Shown here: positions 38,530 through 49,095 of the stretch, in pieces | Position numbering within the stretch: the stretch's first letter is position 1 | How the letters are laid out: every line of letters starts with the position of its first letter | NCBI GenBank assembly: GCA_949127975.1 | Contig: CASBRB010000229.1 | Coordinates: forward strand, 1-49,435 | Source of the DNA: Oscillatoriales cyanobacterium PMM_0019 | GTDB lineage: Bacteria; Cyanobacteriota; Cyanobacteriia; Cyanobacteriales; CASBRB01 | DNA: 49,435 nt | Direction: 5' to 3' | Made by a program: the position numbers and the translations under genes | The notes under the pieces: generated by a model | Told to the model about the DNA's origin: nothing | The model's database searches: none | The model's input: the letters and a program-made list of their open reading frames with translations, nothing else

Positions 38530-38757
38530 GGGTATAAATCTTGGCAGTTTTCACCATCATTGAAATTACAATGACTGGGCAAATAATTGACTTAACTTCA
38601 GATTTTGGATGTTAGATTGTGATGAATTTTACAGCGAATTAACCCCTGGATTTATCCAGGGGCTAGTAAGAACAAAATCGACTTTTTAAAAACTGTCAAT
38701 TTTAAATTTGAAATCAAAGCTTTGGTGGTATATATTGATAGGGAGCATGTGTTAGAG

Positions 38758-40044
38758 ATGAAAAATATTAAATCAGCGATCGCTATCCTTAGCGCCCTCA
38801 CACTTAATCTTGTGACTCTCCAAAGTACCACAGCACAATCGGCTGCTAAAAGATACATAGTGGTTTTCAAAGAAAACCCTGTCACTGATGTTGATTCTGT
38901 GGTTCAGGAACACACTAGGCTTTATGCTTTGCCTGAGGTTACTCATACTTATAAACGTGTTTTGAAAGGATATGCGGCTCTCCTGCCAGACGCTCTCGTG
39001 ACAATGCTTAAAAACGATCCGAGGGTTGACTTTATTTCTCCAGACTATCCCGTTAAAGCTGTGGGACAGACACTACCAGAAGGTGTACAGCGGATTGGAG
39101 GAAATCTCAGTAGTGGCAAGTCTGGAAGCGGCCAGGGTTCTGTTAATACACCTATAGCGATAATTGATTCAGGGATTCAAGTTAACCATCCCGACCTCAA
39201 TGTAGTTGGGGGTCATAACTGTGTAGGTAAGGGAACAAGCTATAATGATGGTTACGGTCATGGCACTCATGTAGCTGGCACCGCAGCCGCTAAGGATAAC
39301 ACCATTGGCGTTGTTGGGGTAGCACCTGGTGCGCCACTGTACGCAGTTCGAGTTTTAGACAACACAGGAAATGGAAGTTGGTCTAATCTTATTTGCGGTG
39401 TGGATTGGGTGACAACTAACAGCGCTAGCACCGGAATCAAAGTTGCCAATATGAGTCTGGGTGGAGTTAACTCCTCTGATGATGGCAATTGCGGTAATAC
39501 CAACAAGGACGCGCTACACCAAGCTATATGTAAGTCTGTGGCTGCTGGCATTACTTATGTAGCTGCTGCTGGAAACAATTCTCAGGACTTTTCTAATTTT
39601 ACACCCGCAGCATATAGCGAAGTTCTCACCGTAACAGCAATGGCTGATTTTAATGGTAAACCAGGAGGTGGTGCAGCTTCCACCTGTGGGAGCGATACCA
39701 CTGATGCGGATGATTTTGCTGCTTCATTCAGCAATTTCGCTACTATTGGCACCAGTAATGTCAATCACACCATTGCCGCACCAGGTGCATGTATCGAATC
39801 TACTTGGCTCAGTGGTGGCTATCTTAGCATTTCCGGTACGAGCATGGCTTCACCCCACGTAGCTGGAACGGTGGCTGTGTGCATTGCTTCTAGTAAGTGT
39901 GCAGGTAAGACACCGCAACAAATCATCAGTAAACTACGGAGCGATGCCGCTGCACAACCGATAACTTACGGTTTTCAGGGCGATCCGAACTCACCTATCG
40001 GCACCCATTACTATGGTCCTCTGGTGTATACAGGGAATTACTAG
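38758..40044 (+). CDS. Secreted subtilisin-like S8 serine protease with I9 prodomain
   Basis: Signal peptide, RYIVVFK prodomain, triad IAIIDSG / HGTHVAG / GTSMASPHVAG. Confidence 0.93.
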   Translation: MKNIKSAIAILSALTLNLVTLQSTTAQSAAKRYIVVFKENPVTDVDSVVQEHTRLYALPEVTHTYKRVLKGYAALLPDALVTMLKNDPRVDFISPDYPVKAVGQTLPEGVQRIGGNLSSGKSGSGQGSVNTPIAIIDSGIQVNHPDLNVVGGHNCVGKGTSYNDGYGHGTHVAGTAAAKDNTIGVVGVAPGAPLYAVRVLDNTGNGSWSNLICGVDWVTTNSASTGIKVANMSLGGVNSSDDGNCGNTNKDALHQAICKSVAAGITYVAAAGNNSQDFSNFTPAAYSEVLTVTAMADFNGKPGGGAASTCGSDTTDADDFAASFSNFATIGTSNVNHTIAAPGACIESTWLSGGYLSISGTSMASPHVAGTVAVCIASSKCAGKTPQQIISKLRSDAAAQPITYGFQGDPNSPIGTHYYGPLVYTGNY

Positions 40045-40054
40045 GTTAAGGAGA

Positions 40055-40345
40055 GGGGCAACCACAGGGGGATTGCCCCTACACCGGAGCCTTCACCCTC
40101 ATCCCCCAACCCCTTCTCCCATCAAGGGAGAAGGGGAGAAAGAGAAAACCATCAAACCATCCGACTCTTACTCTCCTCTCCCGGCTCCCCCCTTCCGGCT
40201 CCCCTCCTGGGAGGGGCGAGGGGTGGGTAGGACTGGGGTGAGAGCCATTTACAGAGCCTAAGGGGAGGGCAACCACAGGGGGATTGCCCCTACACTGGAG
40301 CCTAAGGGGAGGGGCAACCACAGGGGGATTGCCCCTACGCCGGAG
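40055..40345. repeat. Three GTAGGGGCAA REPs (minus strand) and CCCC-type hairpin repeats
   Basis: gggcaaccacagggggattgcccctac three times; ccccttctccc..gggagaagggg. Confidence 0.85.
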
Positions 40346-40481
40346 TGCCCAACCTTTCTGTAAAAGTATCCGGGAACCTTGAAAATCTGGTTGAAAAGAT
40401 GTATTAGGGTGTATTTATATGAATTAGGCGATTACTTGGCCAAGTTTTAAGTGATGGTTCAAAATTAAGGAGCGCGAACCT

Positions 40482-42860
40482 ATGAAAAATTATCTGAAAT
40501 TTCTTCAGCCCCACCGTCACTTTAGGTTAGTTTCTCCTTCAGCTTTGTCACCAATGCAAACTTTAGCCCAAACCTTATCTTTATTTGTTTTAAGTTTTTC
40601 AAGTTTACTTTTTACTTCTACAGCACAAGCCAATCCTATCCAGGCAGATACTACCCTGCGGATTCCTTCGGCGGTATCGTGCGTGGCTAATAGCTGCATT
40701 ATCAATGGTGGAACACTACGAGGAAGCAACCTGCTCCACAGCTTTACCCAGTTTTCTGTACCTACAGGTGGTGTAGCTCAGTTTAACAACGATCCAGGGG
40801 TGGTAAATATCTTCAGCCGGATTACCGGAACATCGATTTCCAATATAGATGGTTTGCTGAAAACTAACGGCACCGCTAATTTGTTTTTGCTCAATCCCAA
40901 CGGAATTGTTTTTGGTCCAAATGCCCAACTAAGCATAAACGGTTCTTTCCTTGCCAGTACAGCCAGTGGGATTCAGTTTGCTGATGGGAGTTTTTTTAGT
41001 ACCACCCCACCATCCACACCCCTGCTCACAGTAAGTGTGCCAGTAGGTTTACAGTTTGGCTCTACCCCCGGTAAAATCGTGGTGCAGAGCCAAGGCAACC
41101 AAGGCGATGGCTTGATCGTACCACCAAATCAAACCTTAGCTTTGGTGGGTGGCGATATCTCAGTAGAGGGAGGAATACTGCAAACAGCAGGGGGAAGAAT
41201 TGAATTAGGGAGTGTGGGCAGCCAGAGTTTAGTCAGCCTCACCCCGATAGCTAAAGGATGGGCATTGGGATATAATGGTGTTTCTGTTTTCCAAAATATT
41301 CAACTTTCCGGTAGTACAGCTTACGTTAATGCCAGTGGTGCAGGTGGTGGGGATATCCAGGTTCAGGGAAAAACTGTCAGCCTTACCAGTGGTGCCCAAA
41401 TTGAAGCTTCGACTTTGGGTTCGCAACCGGGAGGAACTTTAATAGTTAACGCAACTGACGCGGTGGAAGTGACGGGAAAAATCTCAGATCCCCCAAGCGG
41501 CTTTTTTACTGAAGTTTACCCACCAGGCAGTGGTGCAGGCGGCAAGTTGACTATTTCGACTCAGCGGTTGTTGTTGGATGGAGCCGCATTAATAGACGCT
41601 TCTGCGTTTCCTAACTCCATAGGTAAGGCTGGCGACGTGACTATTAACACGGGTAGTTTAATTGTTCGCAATGGGGCACAGCTAGACGCGGCAAGCATTG
41701 GTGGCAAAGGAGCAGGGGGAAATATCAACATTAACGCCACTGACTTGGTGCAGTTGAGTGGTGCTAACTCTAACGGCATCCGCAGTGCTTTGTTTACTGT
41801 GACTACGGGTAATGCGCCTGCTGGCGACTTGAGGATTAACACCAGTCGGTTGATTATCGAGAATGGGGCACGGGCATCAACTTCGACTCGGCTTGCCGGG
41901 AATGGGGGAACTTTAACCGTAAATGCCAACTCGGTGGAATTGAGTGGCGTCTCGCCCAATGGTAAAAACCCCAGTGGCTTATTTGCCCTCTCTGGGGAGT
42001 TGGGTACTGGCACCGATCCAAAAAAAGCTTCTGGAGCGGGGGGTTCCTTGATGATTAATACAGGACAACTGATTGTCACAAATGGGGCACAGGTATCAGC
42101 CAGCGCTCTAGGCACGGGCACGGCAGGCAATTTGAACATCACTGCTCAGTCAGTTAATTTGGACAATGCAGGCAGCATCCGAGCAGAAACCCAAGTAGGA
42201 ACTGGCGGTAACATTAACCTGCAAGCACAAAATTATCAAATGCGCCACAACAGCAACTTAACTACCAGTGCCAGCCAAGCGGCAACAGGCGGCAACATCA
42301 CCCTCAATACCAATACATTATTAGCTTTAGAAAATAGTAATATCACAGCCAATGCCGTCCGAGGTAGAGGTGGAAATATCAACATTACCACCCAAGGCGT
42401 CTTTCTTTCCCCAAATAGTTCTATTACTGCTAGTTCTGACTTGGGAGTTAATGGTGTTGTGCAAGTGCAAATTCTAGGGTTTGACGTCACCAATACCCTA
42501 ACGCCATTTAGGGGTAATTTCGTCAGTACGGAGCAAGTTGTGGCTGGCAGTTGTCTGGCAAATCGTAATCGACAGCAGGGTACCTTTGTCGTTACAGGTA
42601 CGGGAGGTTTAGTACCTACTCCTTACGATCCCATCAGCGGTCGATATAATGTGGTTACATTGCAGCCTCTCAGAGATGGGCTTTCTCGTCCGGGATCTTG
42701 GAAACCTGGGAATACTTCTCCCTCTGCTCGTTGGAAAATAGGCGATCCGATCGTGGAAGCGCAAAGCATTGTGGTTACTCCAGATGGACGCACTTTGTTG
42801 GCAGCATCGTCTGCAAAAGGAATGACTGAATCATCAAATATGGTCTGCCATCCCAGCTAA
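40482..42860 (+). CDS. Filamentous haemagglutinin-family (TPS domain) exoprotein
   Basis: NLLHSFTQFSV, LFLLNPNGIVFGPNAQL, GGNI.I beta-helix repeats, cyanobacterial C-terminal FVVTGTGG..IVEAQ. Confidence 0.9.
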   Translation: MKNYLKFLQPHRHFRLVSPSALSPMQTLAQTLSLFVLSFSSLLFTSTAQANPIQADTTLRIPSAVSCVANSCIINGGTLRGSNLLHSFTQFSVPTGGVAQFNNDPGVVNIFSRITGTSISNIDGLLKTNGTANLFLLNPNGIVFGPNAQLSINGSFLASTASGIQFADGSFFSTTPPSTPLLTVSVPVGLQFGSTPGKIVVQSQGNQGDGLIVPPNQTLALVGGDISVEGGILQTAGGRIELGSVGSQSLVSLTPIAKGWALGYNGVSVFQNIQLSGSTAYVNASGAGGGDIQVQGKTVSLTSGAQIEASTLGSQPGGTLIVNATDAVEVTGKISDPPSGFFTEVYPPGSGAGGKLTISTQRLLLDGAALIDASAFPNSIGKAGDVTINTGSLIVRNGAQLDAASIGGKGAGGNININATDLVQLSGANSNGIRSALFTVTTGNAPAGDLRINTSRLIIENGARASTSTRLAGNGGTLTVNANSVELSGVSPNGKNPSGLFALSGELGTGTDPKKASGAGGSLMINTGQLIVTNGAQVSASALGTGTAGNLNITAQSVNLDNAGSIRAETQVGTGGNINLQAQNYQMRHNSNLTTSASQAATGGNITLNTNTLLALENSNITANAVRGRGGNINITTQGVFLSPNSSITASSDLGVNGVVQVQILGFDVTNTLTPFRGNFVSTEQVVAGSCLANRNRQQGTFVVTGTGGLVPTPYDPISGRYNVVTLQPLRDGLSRPGSWKPGNTSPSARWKIGDPIVEAQSIVVTPDGRTLLAASSAKGMTESSNMVCHPS

Positions 42861-42887
42861 TTTTTTAACGCAAAGGGGCGCAAAGGT

Positions 42888-43874
42888 TTACGCAAAGGGC
42901 GCGGAGGTAATTTTAGGCTCTATTGTTAAGGCGGGAAGTCCTTCTAGTTTTTCGTCGGCAGGGGATTGGGCTTCTTCAAGCTTTGGTACTAGGAGGGTTA
43001 AACTACCTGGCAAACATTCAATTTCTAAAGGCGTTGTGCCGATAATTTCACCATCAATAACGACTTTTTGAGGAGGAATGGTGGTAATTTTGAAGCTTTT
43101 ACCCCGGATGTAGCCGATATCATCTCGCTCGGCGGCAGTGCCTTGTAAGGCGCTCTGGAGTAAATGATAAGAGGCGGCGATCGCCCCTACCACATTCGTC
43201 GGTGCTACTACTGTTAAATCTAGTAACCCATCATCAACTATTATCCCTGCTGGCCCCTGAGCCAAGATGGAAGTTGGCGGTGCCGCATTAGCTATAGTCA
43301 CTGCTACTGCTGGCACTTTGATTATTTTATCTTCGGTTTCTATCTCCGCTTCAAACCTTTCCATTTCTTGCAGTTGTTGTAGTCCGGCTAGAATATATGC
43401 AAACATTCCGAAGCGATCTTTCATCCCTCGATCGGCCTTTTCTACTGCCTCCGCTTCAAACCCAATTCCTGCTAGTAATACCATCCGCTTGCCGTTACAG
43501 TAAGCCGCATCTACTACCCGCGTAGCACCCCCCAATATAGTCTGACAAGCGGCTTCTATCGTGTCTGGAAGCCCCATTGCTGCGGCAAACGCATTAGCTG
43601 TTCCCTGGGAAATTACGCCTAGGGGAATATTTGTTCCTACCATAACATCAGCGGCTGCTGAGAGTGTACCATCACCGCCAGAGACAATAATGGTACTAGC
43701 TCCTCGTTCTATCGCTTCATCTGCAAGTTGACCAGCGTGAATTTCTTTGGTAGTAAACCGGATATCCAGATCTATTTCCGGCTCTAAAAGCGACCGGATT
43801 ACTAACAAATCTTGCTCTGGATCGCTATGACCGGCAACAGGATTAAATATTAGGCAAGCAGAACGTTTTATCAT
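42888..43874 (-). CDS. YegS/BmrU-family lipid kinase
   Basis: IFNPVAG, SGGDGT, GTANAFA, DDGLLD, IDGE. Confidence 0.93.
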   Translation of the reverse strand: MIKRSACLIFNPVAGHSDPEQDLLVIRSLLEPEIDLDIRFTTKEIHAGQLADEAIERGASTIIVSGGDGTLSAAADVMVGTNIPLGVISQGTANAFAAAMGLPDTIEAACQTILGGATRVVDAAYCNGKRMVLLAGIGFEAEAVEKADRGMKDRFGMFAYILAGLQQLQEMERFEAEIETEDKIIKVPAVAVTIANAAPPTSILAQGPAGIIVDDGLLDLTVVAPTNVVGAIAASYHLLQSALQGTAAERDDIGYIRGKSFKITTIPPQKVVIDGEIIGTTPLEIECLPGSLTLLVPKLEEAQSPADEKLEGLPALTIEPKITSAPFA

Positions 43875-46127
43875 TTAACAACTAAAAACTCGTTTCATGC
43901 TCAGGATATCGCTCATCTGTTTAATTTGGGTGAAACTGCGATCGAGTTGTTTGCAGTCGCAGATATCGATGCACAATTCTATGATCGCTGGCTGATTTTT
44001 GTCAGTTTTCACCTGAGCCTTGCGGACGTTGATATTATTGTCACTCAAGCGAGACAAAATATCTTTGAGTACGCCCACACGGTCAAGAGCTTCAATTTGG
44101 ATATTAACCGGATAAGTTTCGGGACGACCACCATCTAAAGAAGGAGAATTCCAGTTAACTGGTACCAAGCGATCGCCTTCCACATTTTCCACATTTTGGC
44201 AACCCTGGCGATGAATAGCGATCCCGCGATTGCTGCGGCTGACTACGCCAATAATCTGTTCCCCCGGTATCGGGTTACAACAACCTGCCAGGTGGTATAG
44301 TAATCCTTCAATCCCCACTATCGGAGATTTACTATTAGTTGAGCTAGCAGGTGGGCGTCCACTATTTGTAGACTGGGGTAGCACTTCAAGAGCGGCTGGA
44401 AGCGGTTGAGTTGCCTTAACGCCATCTCGCAACCGATTTACCACTTGGTTAAGCGTCACTTCTCCATAACCCAAACCAGCGAGGAGATCTTCGACGCTAT
44501 GATAATTGCAGCGCTCTGCCACTACCATCATCGGTGGGGACTTCAGCAAAGCTTCAAAGCCATTTTTCCCCAGTTCCTTTTCTAGCATTTCTTTCCCGCG
44601 AGCAATATTTTCTTCACGGCGCGATCGCTTGTACCACTGCCGAATCCGGTTACGTGCCCCAGTCGTGATCGCATAATTGAGCCAGTCCAAGCTGGGATGG
44701 CTGTTTTCTCTAGTGATAATTTCCACCATATCCCCATTTTTCAGAGGCGTTTCCAGCGGCAGCATCCGCCCATTCACTCTGGCCCCTGCACAGTGATTTC
44801 CCACCTCGGTATGAATCCGATAGGCAAAATCTACAGGCGTTGCCCCACGAGCCAGGGGCACCACATCTCCTTGGGGCGTAAACACATACACGTCATCGTC
44901 AAATAAATTATCTTTGACGTTTTCCATGTATTCTTGAGCATCCTTGAGATCGCTTTGCCATTCCAGCAACTGCCGCAGCCAGGTGAACTTTTCATCTATA
45001 TCTTTCAACTTGCTGCGGTTGGAGTTTCCACTTTCCTTATATTTCCAGTGAGCCGCGATCCCATACTCTGCCACCCGATGCATTTCTAAGGTGCGGATTT
45101 GTACCTCTAAAGGACGAAAGCTGATCCCCAGAACTGCCGTATGCAGTGACTGGTAGCGATTAGCCTTGGGTAAACCAATATAATCTTTAAACCGACCTGG
45201 GATTGGTCGAAACGCATCGTGAACTACTGCTAAAGCACGATAGCATTCATCCTTGGTATTGACAATTATCCGGATAGCAGCTAAATCGTAGATCTCGTGA
45301 AATTCTTTCTGTTGTCGGCGCATCTTCTGATAGATGCTGTACAGGTGCTTGGGTCGCCCGCTGATGTCTGTATAATTAATCCCAGCTTCCTTAAGTCCGT
45401 GCCGCAAAACTTCTGCGATGTTAGTCAGTCTGGCTTCTCTAGCTGCCCGTTTTTCTGCCACTAAATCCTGTATCTGTCGGTAGGCTTCCGGTTCCAAGTA
45501 CTTAAATGATAAATCTTCCAATTCCCATTTAAAGCGTCCTATTCCTAAGCGATTTGCCAGTGGGGCAAATATTTCCCGTGTTTCCGTGGCAATTTGGCGT
45601 TGTTTGTTATCCGGTAGATGTTCTAGCGTCCGCATATTGTGCAGGCGATCGGCCAGTTTCACTACTATTACCCGGATATCCTGCGCCATCGCCAGAAACA
45701 TCCGGCGAAAATTCTCGGCTTGGCGTTCTTTCTTACTGGAGAAGTTAAACTTAGAAAGTTTAGTGACACCTTCTACTAACTGTCGGACTTCGACTCCAAA
45801 CAGTTTTTCTAGATCGTCTGACGTCACATCGGTATCTTCAACAATGTCGTGCAGAAACCCAGCGGCAATCATCCCACCGCTGCCGCCTAAGTCGCGCAAC
45901 AAACCAGCAACCGCAACTGGATGGCAAATGTATGGTTCTCCTGACGCTCGACGCTGACCATCATGCCGTTTGTAGGCAAATTCAAACGCCCGACAAATCA
46001 AATCTACGTCTTGAGCATTGGCTGCCGCCGCTGCCCCAGCCGTGTCAGATTCTTTGGCAATCAAACATTCTTGGAGCCAGTCAGGAATAACGCAATCAAT
46101 TATGGGAGTAGGAGCCTGGGTATTCAT
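43875..46127 (-). CDS. spoT: Bifunctional (p)ppGpp synthetase/hydrolase
   Basis: RASGEPYICHP, LHDIVEDT, ADRLHNMRT, GRPKH, YQSLHT, EVQIRT, TGS and ACT domains; start at ATG 46127. Confidence 0.95.
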   Translation of the reverse strand: MNTQAPTPIIDCVIPDWLQECLIAKESDTAGAAAAANAQDVDLICRAFEFAYKRHDGQRRASGEPYICHPVAVAGLLRDLGGSGGMIAAGFLHDIVEDTDVTSDDLEKLFGVEVRQLVEGVTKLSKFNFSSKKERQAENFRRMFLAMAQDIRVIVVKLADRLHNMRTLEHLPDNKQRQIATETREIFAPLANRLGIGRFKWELEDLSFKYLEPEAYRQIQDLVAEKRAAREARLTNIAEVLRHGLKEAGINYTDISGRPKHLYSIYQKMRRQQKEFHEIYDLAAIRIIVNTKDECYRALAVVHDAFRPIPGRFKDYIGLPKANRYQSLHTAVLGISFRPLEVQIRTLEMHRVAEYGIAAHWKYKESGNSNRSKLKDIDEKFTWLRQLLEWQSDLKDAQEYMENVKDNLFDDDVYVFTPQGDVVPLARGATPVDFAYRIHTEVGNHCAGARVNGRMLPLETPLKNGDMVEIITRENSHPSLDWLNYAITTGARNRIRQWYKRSRREENIARGKEMLEKELGKNGFEALLKSPPMMVVAERCNYHSVEDLLAGLGYGEVTLNQVVNRLRDGVKATQPLPAALEVLPQSTNSGRPPASSTNSKSPIVGIEGLLYHLAGCCNPIPGEQIIGVVSRSNRGIAIHRQGCQNVENVEGDRLVPVNWNSPSLDGGRPETYPVNIQIEALDRVGVLKDILSRLSDNNINVRKAQVKTDKNQPAIIELCIDICDCKQLDRSFTQIKQMSDILSMKRVFSC

Positions 46128-46418
46128 GATATCACACCTAATGATTAAAAATAGAAGTTGGCAAGAGGGATGGGTTGTAGCCATTTATGGCGCTACACCC
46201 GCAGGTAAAAAGCTCAAAAGCTTTGCTGAAGGTCGGTTCAGGGGCGAACTATTAGATATTGTTCTTAACTATATTTGATGCAGAAATGTCGCTGCTAGTT
46301 CGCCCTCTAGAACAGCATTTTGCTTTAAGTGTAGACTCCAGCACGCTGAAGCGGTAACTATCGCCTGTATGAATTCGATAAAATTCTTTACATTAATTAT
46401 AGTCTATCTATGGGATAA

Positions 46419-46763
46419 ATGTTACTACCGTTACATCGCCAGCATTTACAGGAATTTATAACAGCCCTAGAACAGTTGCTACCAACTAGCCAACAGGCAG
46501 AAAATCTAGAGTTGCTCAGGGAGCAGTTTCAGGAGGTACAACAAATTTTTCAGGGGCAAATTTTAACTTTGAGCAGGGATGGCTCTCTCACATACCAGCC
46601 CTACTTGACGGAAATCCACAGGCTGTTGCGACTTTTGCAGATTGATGTCATGTTTTTGCTCTCATCCCAGCAAGCAGTAACATCCCAGCAACGACAAAGG
46701 GGAATTGAGGAGCGGATCAAAGCTGCTAGAGCCTTGTGCGAAGTGCTGCTCCAAAAACATTAA
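46419..46763 (+). CDS. patD: PatD-family protein
   Basis: MLLP..RQ..QEF, QQIFQ.QIL, YLTEIHRLLRLLQID.MFL; divergent from relA/spoT as usual in cyanobacteria. Confidence 0.75.
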   Translation: MLLPLHRQHLQEFITALEQLLPTSQQAENLELLREQFQEVQQIFQGQILTLSRDGSLTYQPYLTEIHRLLRLLQIDVMFLLSSQQAVTSQQRQRGIEERIKAARALCEVLLQKH

Positions 46764-46786
46764 ATCTGAAATTAGGAGATCTAGCT

Positions 46787-47356
46787 GTGAACTGTCCGAA
46801 ATGCAAGCAACCACTAATCGATAGCACTTTATCTACTGCTTTAGCTGTGAAGCACTGTACCAATTGTCAAGGCAGTTGGATTCCCGCAGTTGAATATCAA
46901 GCATGGGTGAGCCAGGAACCCCAAAAGTCATTGTCCCCAGAATTATTCTCTGAATTGCTAAATAATATAGATGTCGTCCCATCTCCTTTTGATAGCAAAG
47001 CAGCTTTGTGCCCAGAGTGCCATCACTATCTAGCTCGTGCCAAGGTAAGCATGAAAAATCCATTTTATGTGGAGCGCTGTCCTAGCTGTACCGGGGTTTG
47101 GTGCGATGAGGGTGAATGGAACATGCTAGAAAAGTTAGGGCTTTCCACCACTATTGAACAATTGTTCTCTAGTGGATGGCAAGCGCGGATGCGAGAGCAA
47201 TTACATGCTTATCAGGAGCGTCAAGCAGTTGTAGACAAAGTTGGACCAGAGCTAGCCGCTCAGCTATTTCAGCTAGCATCAGTCCTAGAGAAGCATCCCA
47301 ACGGCGATTTTGCTGCCGCTTATCTAATGCGACGCTTTGACAGAACTTATGTATAG
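46787..47356 (+). CDS. Double zinc-ribbon (zf-TFIIB-like) protein
   Basis: CPKC, CTNCQGSW, CPEC, CPSCTGVWCDEGEW; AGGAG RBS before GTG 46787. Confidence 0.85.
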   Translation: MNCPKCKQPLIDSTLSTALAVKHCTNCQGSWIPAVEYQAWVSQEPQKSLSPELFSELLNNIDVVPSPFDSKAALCPECHHYLARAKVSMKNPFYVERCPSCTGVWCDEGEWNMLEKLGLSTTIEQLFSSGWQARMREQLHAYQERQAVVDKVGPELAAQLFQLASVLEKHPNGDFAAAYLMRRFDRTYV

Positions 47357-47374
47357 AGGATCTAAAATCTAAAA

Positions 47375-49030
47375 TTGATGAGCAATGCCTTGTTGAATGT
47401 AGAAAATTTGCGAGTGTCTTATCCTAGCAGTCGATCGGGGGCGGCAGCTCCACCCCAAAGTTGGGCTGTGGATGACGTTTCTTTCATCCTCCAACCCGGA
47501 GAAAAATTAGGCTTAGTCGGAGAATCTGGTTGCGGCAAGTCAACCCTGGGGCGGGCAGTAATGCGGTTGTTGTCGAAAGAAACGCGACTTGAAGGGCGGG
47601 TGACTTTTGAGGAGCGATCGGTTTTTGAGATGACACCTTCTCAATTACGGCGATTTCGAGGAGAAGCAGTAGCACTGGTGTTTCAAGATCCGATGACGCG
47701 CCTCGATCCCCTAATGCCCATAGGGGAACACTGTCTGGAAACCCTCAAAGCTCATCAACCACAACTGTCTAGGCGTCAAGCGAAAGAACAGGCTCTAGCT
47801 ACCCTGGAAGCAGTGAAAATACCTGCGAACCGATGGTCCCAGTATCCCCATGAGTTTAGTGGCGGGATGCGACAACGGGTAGCGATCGCTCTTGCCCTAC
47901 TCCTTAACCCAAAACTGATCGTAGCGGATGAACCCACTACTAGCTTAGATGTTACTGTCGCCGCTTCTATTTTAAAGGAACTAACGCGCTTGTGCCGCGA
48001 TCAAAACATGGCCCTAGTGTTAATTTCTCATGATTTGGCCCTGGTGGGGGAGTATTGCGATCGCCTTGCTGTTATGTATGAAGGCAAAATCGTGGAAACT
48101 GGTTCAGTCGGTCCCATTTTTGGGCAGCCACAGCATGAATATACCCGATCGCTCCTCAAAGCAGCTCTGCACATTAAATCAGATTCGGGGGTGAAGCAGG
48201 TAAAATCTGGCAGCCTGGGGGCAGAAACAATTCTTCGGCTCACTTCTTTGAAGCAGTATTATACCTTAGAAAGTAATTTTTTGCAGCAGATTTTTTCTAA
48301 AGAAGGCAAAAAAACGATTAAAGCTGTAGATGGGATTAATCTGGAACTCGAACGCGGTGAGATTCTCGGACTTGTAGGAGAATCAGGCTGCGGCAAGAGT
48401 ACCCTATCAAGAACAATTTTGCAGTTGATTCGCCCGACAAGTGGAACAGTAGAATTTCTGGGACAGGATTTAACCAAGCTGTCTCGCCAGTCCATCCGAG
48501 GGTGGAGGCGGAAAATGCAAATGGTGTTTCAAGATCCCCATGCTTGTCTCAATCCACTGATGACTGTAGGCCAAAGTATTGCCGATCCCTTGTTCATTCA
48601 CAAGCTAGCTACCCCAGAAGCAGCGAAAATTCAGGTGATGGAGATGCTAGAGCGGGTGGGGCTTACTCCCGTGGAGGAATATTATCAACGGTATCCAGCA
48701 GACTTGTCTGGGGGGCAACAGCAACGGGTGGCTCTAGCACGAGCCTTGATTACTCATCCGGAATTACTGATCTGTGATGAGCCGGTGAGTATGCTGGATG
48801 CTAGCGTGCAGGCGCAGGTGTTAGATTTGATGTTGGAGTTAAAGCGGGAATTTAATCTCACGTACTTGTTTATCACTCATGACTTGTGGGTGGCGAAGTT
48901 TTTGTGCGATCGCATTGCCGTCATGAATGCTGGTCAAATTGTGGAACTCGGTCCCACCCAGGATATTTTTACCAATCCCCAACACCCCTATACTCAAACT
49001 CTACTGAGTGCTGCTCCTTTACTAGGATAG
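47375..49030 (+). CDS. Fused peptide/nickel ABC transporter ATPase (two ABC domains)
   Basis: Two GESGCGKST Walker A motifs, FSGGMRQR and [12 protein letters not shown] motif. Confidence 0.94.
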   Translation: MMSNALLNVENLRVSYPSSRSGAAAPPQSWAVDDVSFILQPGEKLGLVGESGCGKSTLGRAVMRLLSKETRLEGRVTFEERSVFEMTPSQLRRFRGEAVALVFQDPMTRLDPLMPIGEHCLETLKAHQPQLSRRQAKEQALATLEAVKIPANRWSQYPHEFSGGMRQRVAIALALLLNPKLIVADEPTTSLDVTVAASILKELTRLCRDQNMALVLISHDLALVGEYCDRLAVMYEGKIVETGSVGPIFGQPQHEYTRSLLKAALHIKSDSGVKQVKSGSLGAETILRLTSLKQYYTLESNFLQQIFSKEGKKTIKAVDGINLELERGEILGLVGESGCGKSTLSRTILQLIRPTSGTVEFLGQDLTKLSRQSIRGWRRKMQMVFQDPHACLNPLMTVGQSIADPLFIHKLATPEAAKIQVMEMLERVGLTPVEEYYQRYPADLSGGQQQRVALARALITHPELLICDEPVSMLDASVQAQVLDLMLELKREFNLTYLFITHDLWVAKFLCDRIAVMNAGQIVELGPTQDIFTNPQHPYTQTLLSAAPLLG

Positions 49031-49095
49031 AGAAGTTATACATTTGCGTATACATCAACGCAAACATCCAGCTTGGATAATTGATTTTAGATCAA

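Noticed and set aside
41561-42142. 193-aa antisense ORF and similar shadow ORFs in argD, spoT, lanM and the ATPases
   Set aside because: Antisense to well-supported genes, with no independent motifs
21021-42860. Integrative element or prophage at tRNA-Ser
   Set aside because: No integrase or phage genes, and I found no repeat of the tRNA 3' end
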